From contig OX597823.1 of assembly GCA_951406725.2 (NCBI GenBank), positions 57,350,001 through 57,414,000 on the forward strand: 64,000 nucleotides of DNA, written 5' to 3'. Made by a program: the position numbers and the translations under genes. Of the stretch, positions 52,530-64,000 are shown piece after piece. Within the stretch, counting starts at the first letter, position 1; each line of letters starts with the position of its first letter. The DNA comes from Octopus vulgaris (Eukaryota). The notes beneath the pieces were generated by a model. The model did not search any database. It was not told where the DNA came from and was given only the letters and a program-made list of their open reading frames with translations.

Positions 52530-52715
52530 CCGCTCAGTTATTTTATCGATCTCCTTTGGAGAACCGATAATGTTATTTTATCGATTCCTTTGGCGAAATG
52601 CTAAGTTATTTTATCGATCTAATATGGAGAACCGCTAAGTTAATTTATCGATATCCATTGGCGATCCGCTAAGTTGTTTTATCGATCACTTTTGGCCAAA
52701 CGCTATGTTATTTTT
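52530..52715. repeat. ~34-bp minisatellite, about 5 diverged units, derived from a SINE B segment
   Basis: ccgctaagttattttatcgat.....ttgg.gaa units; compare tattctatcgg...ttgccgaaccgctaagtta in family B. Confidence 0.75.
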
Positions 52716-52739
52716 TAATAAATTTTAATACTTTCCTTA

Positions 52740-53300
52740 TCATTCTGGCCGTGCCAAGGAGGCAATCCGACTGAGCACTCTATTCCGATTCACCTTATAT
52801 TCCTCTTGATGTTCTGCGAATGGTGTAAAGGCCGTACGACATGGCATAGACATCATGCAACCAAGTTCCACCAAACTGGTTTTTGGATGTGTCTTCAGTG
52901 GGAGTGACGTTATGCCAGCCACGTCTTTGAGCAGGGACTTAAGCTTGGCTACGTGAAGCTGCTGGGTTTGTGCTGAAACCCTGGTTGGAGAGGTTTGCTA
53001 CTGAAAGACCACGTATTGCAGGAGAATTTGGCTCCTTGCCATGCTTCCAGAAAACGTCTCAACTGATTGTCGGAGAATTTCTACGACATCATTGATCCGT
53101 GTGGCCTTCTAATTCTTTCAGTTTTAATCCCACCGCTTACTATGCATGGGGTGCGGATGATTGAGTTATCAAGCGCACTGTATGAAACACCAAGGCCGAG
53201 CTGATGGCCAAGATCCAAGGAGTATTCGAAGGAACGCTTGCATCATGTTCCAGAGCCGTCTCGAGGCCGTGGTAGAAGTGAGTGTGGTTATTATGAGTAA
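52740..53300 (+). pseudogene. Highly decayed Tc1/mariner transposase fragment
   Basis: LVFGCVFSGSDVMP and WPSNSFSFNPTAYYAWG resemble the WPPNSPDLNPLDYYVWG motif. Confidence 0.6.
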
Positions 53301-53328
53301 ACCGTTATCTCCCAACTATAATCTAAAT

Positions 53329-53666
53329 CAGTGGTTCTCAACTGCTATCTATATGACCTATCAGGGTCCATATAAGATTTTGGGGATGCACGCAACAGTA
53401 TAGTAAATTTGGGATTCACAATAGTACTTTAAGGGTCCCTGAAAAAAGTTCGCTTGAGATGTGTTTATTGCAAGAAACATCTAGCTTTCTTTCTCTGATA
53501 ACTCCCATGGTTCTACCTACATAAGTTAATGTGCGTGAAACAAAATATAAATTTTGAAAGAAGTTTATATAAAACTAGTTTTTAAACAATAATTGGCTAT
53601 GGAAGCCCACCAGAATAAAATTGTAATCAAAGGGGTTCATAGATAAAAATGGTTTAGAACTCCATG
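53329..53666. mobile_element. hAT-like MITE
   Basis: cagtggttctcaac start, ggtttagaactccatg end, candidate 8-bp TSD atctaaat/atcgagat (6 of 8 match). Confidence 0.55.
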
Positions 53667-54388
53667 ATCGAGATGGTGTTTAAAGATTTTTTAAAAAATA
53701 CTTTTATTTTTGGGTGGGATATTGTGTTTCTTTTCCTTTTATGCAAACTGTCAAATTTAGTCCGAACACACTGTACAATTGCTCTGATAAATCTGCGAGA
53801 GACATTTATAACTGTCAATTCGTCTTATCTATCTCAGCTACAAATCATTGTTGGTTTTCAATTACAGTACGCATCAACACACATGGATTTGGTAACACAT
53901 ATATCCCTGTGAACGAAATAGAGGAAATAGTAGATGAAGTTAATTGATTAAAAAACAAAAAAACCTGCCAATAGCGCTTCATCAACGTCCCATACAACAG
54001 TGACCTCATTTATCCCATCACTGTAGATTCAATCTGAACACTGCATGGTGACTTCGCAAATTATTGCGCCGCAGGCGTGTATTTTAAATTATGCACGTCT
54101 CAAGGAGCGAAATATAATCGTGTCACACCCTCCAATAGCTAGATTGGCAGCGAAAAATATATATTAAGAAACGATTTTATATCTCCACGATCATTAAACG
54201 ATATTGGTTTCTAAATAATACTGGACTATTTGATTAAATTTTATGATAAAAGAAACAAAACGTCCACAGGGGCAGTACTTGATAGATTTTAGTCTACTTC
54301 GTTATAAGTACATATGCTTATATAGATGTATGTATGTATGTGTGTAAATATATACACAAACACACATGTATATATGTATAAATGCACA

Positions 54389-54391
<3 letters not shown>

Positions 54392-54446
<55 letters not shown>

Positions 54447-54475
54447 TAGATAGATAGATAGATAGATAGAGAGAG

Positions 54476-54556
<81 letters not shown>

Positions 54557-55022
54557 CATGCTGCATACATAAAATACATGAGTATACACCTATAAATCTC
54601 CACATATATGGAAACTGAATTTTTGTGATAAAATAATTTTATATTGGAAGTCTCTCTCTATCAATATATCCAGGTACACATGCATAGTATGTACATGTAT
54701 AAATACATATACACACTTACATACCTAGAAGCAAACACACACGCATACACACTCATATAAATGTGCGTGTGTATGTGTACAAATATATGTACGTAAATAT
54801 GTATATATGTGTGTATAGGTAGATAGATAGATACATAGATACGTTCATACGTACGTACCTACCTACTTACCTAGAAACCGACCTTCCTAAATACACACAC
54901 ACATACATACATACATACATACATACATACATACATAGATGCATGCATACATACATACATACATACATACATACATACATACATACATACATACATACAT
55001 ACATACATACATACATACATAC
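54392..55022. repeat. (TA)n, (TAGA)n and (TACA)n microsatellites
   Basis: Direct reading. Confidence 0.9.
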
Positions 55023-55283
55023 TTATATGTGTATAAGCACCCAATGGCGAAATATAAATCAATAAATATAAGAACACATTTTGAAAATTAAGAAATCATA
55101 GGATTATATTTTTGGAAGTGATAATCCATATTTTACGAATGAAAAAAGAAAAGAAAACAACCAAAAAAAATTATGCATTCCTTACTAAATACTCATATAA
55201 CAGTGCATCTCCATTTAATGCCATGCCATGCCATTATTAATTTTCAAAACAGATACAAGTTTAGCTATTTTTCGACATAATAA

Positions 55284-55461
55284 TCTTTTCTACTAAAGGT
55301 GCAAGGTCTGAAATTTTGTGGGAGGAGACTAGTCGATTACATCGCTCCAAGTATGAAAGATGAAGTTAATATCGGCGGAATTTGAATTCAGAACGAAGCG
55401 GCAGACGAAATACTGCTAAGGATTTCGCCCGGCGTGCTAACATATCTGCCAGTTCGCCGCT
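55284..55461 (-). mobile_element. SINE family C variant with internal deletion
   Basis: Match to 34978-35162. Confidence 0.8.
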
Positions 55462-55674
55462 TTATTTTCTGGGGTGGTCGTGATGGTATAATAATAGATT
55501 ATCCAAACAATGAAAGTATTTGAAAATTTTTCTCTTCATCGGTCACGGAATGACGGAGGACAAAGTTGATTCTCATGGCATTTGAGTCCATAACGTATTT
55601 GGTTTGTGTTCAACTCTGTTGAAATACAGAACCAAACATGTTGCTATACATAGTCTTAGACATATCTGTCCATA

Positions 55675-55982
55675 GTGACGGTGCGTGGCTTAGTGGTTTG
55701 GGTAATGGGCTCACGATCGCAAGGTCGTGGGTTCAATTCCTGGCACCGCGTTGTATCCTTGGGGAAGACATTTTATTTCACGTTGCTCCATTCCAAAAGA
55801 GATTTGTACCTTTATTTGAAAAGGTGAGCGCTGTCACACACTGTCTCACGCTGAATCTCCCTAAGAACTTTGCTAAGGGTAGGTGTGACTGGTGTGTTCA
55901 GCCGTTTACACGTTAATTACACGAGCAGGCGGTTCTGTTGATCGGATGAACTGGAACCCTCATCATCGTAACCGGCGGAGTA
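55675..55982 (+). mobile_element. SINE family A (CORE-like middle variant)
   Basis: A box tggcttagtgg, B box ggttcaattcc, 3' part shared with 28007-28190. Confidence 0.8.
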
Positions 55983-56152
55983 TCAGTTATGTCTGTACTG
56001 CTGACAAAACTTCTGTGTAGCACACATACACGGTTACAAATTTGGGGCGCTGGATCTATAACATATAGTGTTGATAGGCTAAGCAGACCGAAACATTGAA
56101 GTCTATATCAGCATTATTCTTGTACCTTCATTCGTTCGTTTGTTATTTCCTT

Positions 56153-56660
56153 CCTATCCCTTGATTATGTAGTCGTTTGAGGCAGACGTTGACGATGTTA
56201 CATCCAGATTTCGACACTTCTCTTGGTCTTCTGCTGCCCATTGTTGGTCGGCGAAATGAAGTCCTTCACATTTTGATGTTAACCCGATTGACAACCGATC
56301 CCGTATGGGCTTTGATCTGGTTGCCATCATTATGAGCGCATTATGAGCGTATTAATTTGGTGGTGTTCATTCTTTTCTAAGCTCTTATCCACAATCGTGA
56401 GACATTCTTTGGCACCGAACACTAGGCTGTTGACCAGAGCAGGGTCCTTCATCCTAGCTGGTGACTCTTTAGGAAGTGTCACCCAGAATCCTTCAACTTC
56501 TGGTACAATGTTAACATCACACACTCACTTGGTTCGGCCCACCAGCTGAAATCGGGTTCCAGGATCTGCGACTGGGAGCCATAAGTGAGAGATTAGGAGT
56601 TGAATGATGACCGGTGATGCCAGTCCACCAGATAATACCTGGCAAGATGCAGCTGCCAGA
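56153..56660 (-). pseudogene. Decayed reading frame of unknown family (~165 codons)
   Basis: One stop and one 11-bp duplication frameshift (ttatgagcg.a x2 near 56330-56351). Confidence 0.45.
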
Positions 56661-57530
56661 CACTAAAAGGTAGTGCCTTTATTCAGAGCAAACCTGCACT
56701 CCATTATTGTTTTTTAAAGAAAGTTAAATTTGTAGTCTACAAAACATATTGAATCATCTTTCAGTTTTCAAATTGTTTTCGTTATAACTCGACGTAAAAC
56801 AAATTTTAATAAAGTATATACGTATTGTAAATTATATGTGTTTGTGTGTGTTTGAAAGACGAGAAACCTCAACACTAGCTTGGCTGTGTTTAATATAGTA
56901 TAATAAGGAAATGCTATGAACCGTTTTGTGTAATTACGGCATAATAATGGAATTTATTTCTTTAGGCACTTAAAAAAACCTGTATCTCTCGCTGAAAAGA
57001 AACGGAAGTTATTAGAAAAGAAAGTTTATTAAGAAGGTATTGCGCCAATAACTTCAATTTTGCTCATGCTTCTGTGTATTACGTCATAGCAATGTCTATC
57101 GTAACATAGTATATTCTCTCTTTTTCTTTCACTCTCTCACTGTATACATACATATACATACATGCATGCATACATGCACGTATGCATGCATGCATACACA
57201 CACACACACACACACACGTTATGAGCAACATCAGTAGTATTTACTGAGAAGAGCATTCTGTATATCTTATTCAAGGTATTCGTTTTGAGAAAGCACCAGG
57301 TATTGGCAGGCAGTGCTGAAGTGCACAGAAACATATTATTAAAAGACGAAAAGTGTCCAATAAATTGCTAATTCCGGATTTCTGCATCGTTGTGCCTAAT
57401 CGGCAGCAAGGATTCACTATCAGCTGGATGTTTAAATAAATTTCACTTCTACTGATACAGAAAAACAGTGATCAACAAATCACTGGTTTTGTAAGTCAAA
57501 TTTGTCTACGTATAGGGTTGATAGGGATAC

Positions 57531-57575
57531 TTACTACTGATGACACGTAAGGATGCAGAAATCCGGATTTAGCAA
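57531..57575 (+). ncRNA. Hammerhead-like motif with a 24-bp inverted copy at 57365-57388
   Basis: ttacta-CTGATGA-...-GAAA-tccgga-TT-tagcaa; palindromic stem III; stem II weak. Confidence 0.5.
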
Positions 57576-58037
57576 GTTCACTGTCTCCTACAACCAGTGG
57601 CTACTTTTTGGAGCTGTACATCTATACAAGATACTTTGTCTGGGCGAATACCGCAGTGATGTGGCTCCTTTACACTATATTCACGCCAGTAGGATATATA
57701 GGATGCTATTCTAAAACTATATTACTTTCTTCATTAAAGACGAATTTTTATCTAACCTTCTTTCTATTTGCGATACTAATGGCTGGTTAATTAGCGTTTT
57801 CTATATCAGAGGAAGTGAAATTTGCCTAACCATGCGGTTAATAGTGAATACTTGCTACTAATGACTCGCAAGAAACAGAAATCCAGCTTTGACAATTTTG
57901 AAACCCCTGCCAGATGTTATTCATCAGCAACTGTTGCACTTCTGTGCTTTTTGCATTATACGGCTAAACGAGATACTTTCACAAGACGAACATTGCAATT
58001 TTGAGGCTTTTTGAAGTATATCCACGTTAAGTAAGAT

Positions 58038-58207
58038 GCGCAGGAGTGACTGTGTGATAAGTACCTTGCTTACCAACCACATGGTTCCGGGTTCAGTCCT
58101 ACTGCGTGGCACCTTGGGTAAGTGTCTTCTACTATAGTTTCGGGCTGACCAGAGCCTTGTGAGTGGATTTGGAAGACGGACACTGAAAGAAGCCCGTCGT
58201 ATATATG

Positions 58208-58278
<71 letters not shown>

Positions 58279-58479
58279 TGTGTGTGTGTTTGTCCCACCC
58301 CCAACATCGCTTAACAACCAATGATGGTGTGCTTACCTCCCTGTAACTTAGCGGTTCGCCAAAAGAGACCGATAGAATAAGTACTAGGCTTACAAAGAAT
58401 AAGTCCTGGGGGCGATTTGTTCGATTAAAAGGCAGTGTTCCAGCATGGCCGCAGTCAAATGACTGAAACAAGTAAAAGA
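58038..58479 (+). mobile_element. SINE family B
   Basis: Match to 11603-12010. Confidence 0.9.
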
Positions 58480-58559
58480 CGTGAGTGTGTGCAGTGTGTA
58501 CAACACATCCTGAACAGAATCTTTCGTAACGTCAAGAACAGCTCTTATGTTACACAATG

Positions 58560-58955
58560 AACCGGGCTGTGTGTCGCGTTCATGAGCAAGGCACTTTACT
58601 TCACGCTGCACCCGTTCACTCATCTATAGAAACAAATTGCGACTTCACTGGTGCCAAACTGTATCAGGCTTTACCTTTCCTTTGACTAACATCGGTGGCG
58701 TGGAGAGGGGAGTCTGGTATGCATTGGCGACTGCTTGTCTTCCATAAACAACCTTGCCCTTCACTGGTGCTAAGCTGTATCGGCCTTTGCCTTTCCTTTG
58801 AATAACACCGGTGGCGTGGAGAGGGGGAGCTGGTATGCATGGGCGACTTCTGGTCTTCCATAAACAACCTTGTCCGGACTTGTGCTTCGAAAGGGAAATT
58901 TCTCGGTGCAATCCCATGGTCATTCATAACCGAAGGCGGTCTTTACCCTTTTTAT
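58560..58955 (+). mobile_element. CORE-like SINE relic with internal ~115-bp tandem duplication
   Basis: gagcaaggcactttacttcacg core; cactggtgc...aaacaaccttg at 58646-58756 and 58762-58872. Confidence 0.65.
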
Positions 58956-59830
58956 CTTTTATATCTCAAACAACAGTGACCCATTATAAGAGGCGATTTA
59001 TTCAATAGTTATCTCTCAGAAATCACCATTGATGACTCTAACGCCGGTATGCACTCTAGAAGACCCTTTAAAAAATCGCTCCTCCTTTCGCCCTGAGCAT
59101 GGGCGAATTTGATTCAAATGAGGTAAGTGAGCAGAGCGGCCTATTCCTATTTAACCAACTGCATCCAAAAATAATCCATCTCAAACGAGCCATTTACTAA
59201 CACACGGTATTTTTTATCCTCAAAACAAGGAACCACAGCACCACAGCAGATAGCAGAAAAAAACACTCTTCAGTACGGTAACAATCATATTTATGTATCA
59301 TAGTCCACCCACACTAACCTCACATTTTCGTGAGAAAAATTTATCGTGTTTAACGGTTTCACAGGGATTCATTTGGATCTTTTGGTATAATGTACGTGTA
59401 TAAAGTGTATCCATTGAGACCTGCTAAAAGGCGTATGAAAAGCACACCATCATTTACTGCCATTTCCTCCTGACGATGACGCTGATAAGAATGTGAGGCG
59501 TTAATAGATTAAATAATTTAGAAACGCTGTTGTTCGAAACTTCATAGAAAAGACTAATGGGGGAATATCCATAATTCCTGATACTTAAAAATAAAATCCA
59601 GCACAGTCGTCTTTTTTATGTATAAACTATACAACACAAACACACATGTATGCATGTTTCTGTGTATGTATGCATGTATGTATGTATATATGTATGTATG
59701 TATGCATGCATGTATGTATATATGCATGCAAGTATGTACGTACGTATGTATGTGTGCATGTATGGTATATTTATATATACATGTGATTTTTTCCTCCGTC
59801 TTCTCTTCCTTGGATCTTTCCTTTTCCTAT

Positions 59831-59866
59831 GTTTCTGACGAAGAGCTCCGCTCGAAACGTTATATC
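59831..59866 (+). ncRNA. Minimal hammerhead motif in a pLTR-like repeat (downstream part shared with 40318-40392)
   Basis: gttt-CTGACGA-a-gagc tcc gctc-GAAA-cg-TTA; palindromic aacgtt stem III; stem I imperfect. Confidence 0.65.
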
Positions 59867-60116
59867 CTCCTTTCTTTCCTTTCCCGAGCGTCCAGTAACA
59901 TTATACTTGTTCCACGTCCTCGCGTTGTTGTGTTTTCTCTTTGTGTTTTCATGTTTGGATTAACTTTATATATTTATATATATATTGTTGTATTTATATT
60001 ATTATGCACAAATAAAGAACGGTGAGAAATAGTTAATATCTACGAAAAAAAAAATCGTGTATATATAACAGAATGTCCTTCAAGAGTAAGTTTCATAAGA
60101 TTTGTTGTGGTCATAT

Positions 60117-60477
60117 TGTGGCACCGCGTCGGTTACGACGACGAGGGTCCCAGATGATCCGATCAATTGAACATCTTGCTCGTGAAATTAACGTGCAAGT
60201 CGCTGAGCACTCCACAGACACGTGTACCCTTAACGTAGTTCTCGAGGAGATTCAGCGTGACACAGAGTGTGACACGGCCGGCCCTTTGAAATACAGGTAC
60301 AACAGAAACAAGAAGAAAAAGTGAGTGAGGCAGGGTTTTCCACCACATCTTGCCGGAGACTCGTGGAGCTTTAGGTGTTTTTGCTCAATAAACACTCACA
60401 ACGCTCGGTCTGGGAATCGAAATCACGACCCTACGACCAGCAGTCTGCTGCCCTAACCACTGGGCCATTGCACCTCC
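60117..60477 (-). mobile_element. SINE family A, 11-bp TSD
   Basis: Match to 28007-28391; tgtggt(c/t)atat at 60106-60116 and 60478-60488. Confidence 0.88.
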
Positions 60478-60585
60478 TGTGGTTATATACAACAGTGTTG
60501 AATGTATTATCAGTATTTCTGCTGCTACTATTACCACTACTACGACCACTACTACAACTAATATGACTGCTGTTGCTATTGCCAA

Positions 60586-60760
60586 TGACGATGACGATGA
60601 TGATGGTGATGACAGAGACGATGATGTTGATGACGATGACGATGATGGCGACAACGACACCGGGCACACCGCTGCCGATGAAGATTATGATGATGATGAT
60701 GATGATGATAATGCTGCTGCTGATGATGATCATGATGATGTTGACGAAGACGATGGTGAT
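60586..60760. repeat. Degenerate (GAT/GAC)n tract
   Basis: Direct reading. Confidence 0.9.
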
Positions 60761-61141
60761 GCTAATACAGAGCTGCACTAAACGGAACATATTTCCCCAC
60801 AGTTCTTCACTTTCAGATAATTCTTTATTTCTATGGAGATTCGCAGTTATAGAAATATGTGCGGCCTAAAATATCTTTTAATCTACGTACGGATATATCC
60901 AGGAGCTTATCTTTGGAAATTTTGAATTCAGTTTGCAAACTGCGCGGCTATGGACAATGAATTTACATTTAGTGGCGTTAATAATGCAACTGGAGACTGG
61001 GAAGTAATTTTAAGCTTCCTCTCTGTTATTCTTGGAAATAGTTGTATTATTCACAACGGGTACCCTATCTATAGTCATCACTGATATATAAGGATATATG
61101 TATAAGTGTGAGTGTGGGTGGTGGTGGTGCGTATGTGTATG

Positions 61142-61191
<50 letters not shown>

Positions 61192-61383
61192 GTATGTGTG
61201 AATGCACGTATATAAATGTATTGTTATATAGTTATATACATATAACTTCCACGTACGTTGTTATGAGTTCACATTTCATCCGATGAAAACGACCGTATAG
61301 TGAAAGACAGTAGCATTAAAATTCAACAGCATCAAGAATTTGGCTTGTAGAGAAATCGGAATTGAGACAAAAGAGTGAAAGTG

Positions 61384-61439
<56 letters not shown>

Positions 61440-61593
61440 CAATCAAAACAAAAATGGGAAAAGAACGTAACAGACGACTACAAAAACATTCGGACAGTTA
61501 GACGATGCAAAAAAGGACAGGAAAAAACATGGACGGGTCATTCAGAACTTTCAATCATCAGTCAAGAAGCAGATCGTCTTTGCAGTTTCGGCC

Positions 61594-61692
<99 letters not shown>

Positions 61693-61927
61693 GCACCATG
61701 AAATCATACATCCAAGAAATATGATTTCAAGGTACTCTATAAATAGTTAACAATAAGTTAGAATATTCAATAGCTGCGACAATTAGTCTACTTGACAAAT
61801 ATGGAAAAATTAAAACAGCCCACAAGAACCACGTTAAATATACACGGTGCGTGCGTATTTGTGTGTGTTTATATATATGTGTGTCTGTGTATATATATAT
61901 ATGTATGTATATATATATATATATATG

Positions 61928-61963
<36 letters not shown>

Positions 61964-62908
61964 CATACACACACATATGCATCATGAACACACTCTCACA
62001 CACCCGCACAAACAAACACATATAAAGTATACAAATATGTGTATTTATGGAGTACTTTGCAATATATATTTAGATACACATACGCACTTATATATACATA
62101 TATTATGTATATATATAAGTTCCTAAATACATACATATATATTACAAAAACACGCACGCACACACGCATATATATGTACAATTGTGTGTGTGTGTGTGTG
62201 TATTCGAAATGTTATTCTTTCGAATGAAAGTGTTATAGAAAAGAAACTATGACCATTGGGGATATAAGAATAAAAAATAACAGTACAGTATATTTAACAT
62301 AAGCAACAACAAAAGTAGTTGCATTTGATAATCTGATGTGACTGAGGCGTCCAAAATAAAAACTGCACAACATAGAGAATGGGGCAAATATATAGATTTG
62401 TTTAGTGACCTGTAACGCGAAGTAAAACAGGAAACCAGAAAAAAAATAAGAAACACAAAGCTAGATATTAGTAGCAGGATCAATAATTATTTGTTTAAGA
62501 CATATAGAAGTTTTGTTTTTGATAATATTTCATGAGTACCGATTTGGGAATTGCTTTAAAGTTATGGCTAAGAAATGTAATGCCAATATTATGCACCATG
62601 TCTCCTTCATCCCTTGGAGAGCAAAGGAACGATTCGGAAAAAAACTTCCAGAAAAAGATATAGGAATTACAAAAAGATGTAAAGAAACGGAAAAAATATC
62701 CAGTAATTTCTAAATATGTCATACGTCTCTGGTGGCAAACGAAGAGATATAATTTTTATTCTAGAGAAATAAGCACTTTCCATTGCCAAAATACATACAT
62801 ACATGCATATATTTATTTATATGTATGAATGTATGTATGCACGTGTATCAGTGAATGTATATTTATATATATGTGTCTGTCTGTCTGTCTGTATGTGTGT
62901 ATGTATGT

Positions 62909-62966
<58 letters not shown>

Positions 62967-63149
62967 TTGTACCTTCTAACGAACGCACATATGTATATAT
63001 ATATATTTATGAATATTGTCGTCGTTATCGTCGGCTCCTCCTCGTTTCCGAATAATTCTTTCTTCGTTTGTAATTTCTCATATATATCGGTGTCCGTGAT
63101 GGCTGTCAAAGTCCAGTTTTGCATGGCACGCTCGTTCATAGACGTCACA

Positions 63150-64000
63150 TCTGACAGTCAGTGTTCGTCTTGGTTTGAGTTGGCATATCTTTCGTCATAG
63201 TTGTTTATCCTCTTCCTCTCTTTGACGATGTCCTCCAAACTGTTCTACGCTAATCTTCTGGATGTAATGCCGCATGATTCTGTCTTCTGCATGTTACTCT
63301 CAAGACGTAGGATGGATTTTGGTGCTCTTTGTCGTCAGTTTCAGTGATATTTGTGGGGCACTGGGTATGGCAGAGTATAATTCTTTACCGGTACTGAGTT
63401 CACTGTAGTGGCTTTGGCACGGTAGTCTAGTGCTTCTCGTGTGGTAGATGTAACCCCAGGTGATGTTTGATGACGACATCAATATTGTTGGCTTTGGCCT
63501 ATTCAAGTACTGCAAAGGTATGTACATGGTCCGCGTGTTTCATTTTCATAACTGATCAAAGTTTCTGTAGATGAAACCGCACCAGTTTTCTGACAGCCCG
63601 ACCGTGCAGAGTAGAAATCTCACAATCGTAGAATAAGGTGGATACACACTGCGCCTGGTTTGTAGCTTTAAGCTCTTGTTTCTGAAGATATGGTGGGCTT
63701 TCTAAAAGTAATATGGACAGCCCTGGTCGTGCTTACGTTCCATTCTCGACGCATTTCTCGGAGTTTCATTGTGAGTTAAGGATACTTCCGTCTACTTTTT
63801 TCGGTGTTATATTGGAGATGGTGGTGTTGAAATCAAGATGGATTGAGTTTGGAGGAGGTTGTGCAAGTGTTTTGGTTATCTGTCTCCTGATTTTCAGGCC
63901 GCAGCGATCGTACACATTTAATTGTACACATTTTATAAGTTATTGAATGATTCCTACATTCCTTAGGTTCAATGAGCTGGCGAATGCTTGTTGGCGTTTA
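63150..64000 (-). pseudogene. Decayed RTE-clade LINE RT C-terminal region, running off the window
   Basis: Minus strand VSTLFYDCEISTL, KLVRFHLQKL, WGYIYH, RLPCQSHYSELSTG match the RTE consensus STLLYGCETWT...RFH...WAGH...RLPK..LYSEL. Confidence 0.8.

Noticed and set aside
52530-52715. CRISPR-like repeat-spacer look (also 46892-47013)
   Set aside because: Units are contiguous homologous tandem repeats derived from SINEs; no unique spacers, no cas genes, eukaryotic context

Overview
Repeat-saturated, AT-rich eukaryotic DNA, most likely from an octopus or other cephalopod (inferred from the tRNA-derived SINE types and extreme microsatellite density, not from a search). No host gene is recognisable, and almost all short ORFs in the track are microsatellite artefacts. 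The only long ORF (13143-16829, 1228 aa) is an R4/Dong-clade non-LTR retrotransposon (RT + CCHC + PD-D/ExK restriction-like endonuclease) lying between (TAA)n tracts, directly downstream of two decayed relatives. Also present: three Tc1/mariner relics, two RTE LINE relics, a hAT-like MITE, Helitron-like repeats and about 20 SINE copies of three families. Two patterns are not explained by the ORF track. (1) Several unrelated hammerhead-ribozyme-like motifs (Penelope pLTR type), four of them with an inverted duplicate whose breakpoint falls at the ribozyme. (2) A series of intronless, decayed coding-like islands with no RT or transposase motifs, which are candidate endogenous viral elements; one carries a ~185-bp fold-back and is tandemly duplicated.
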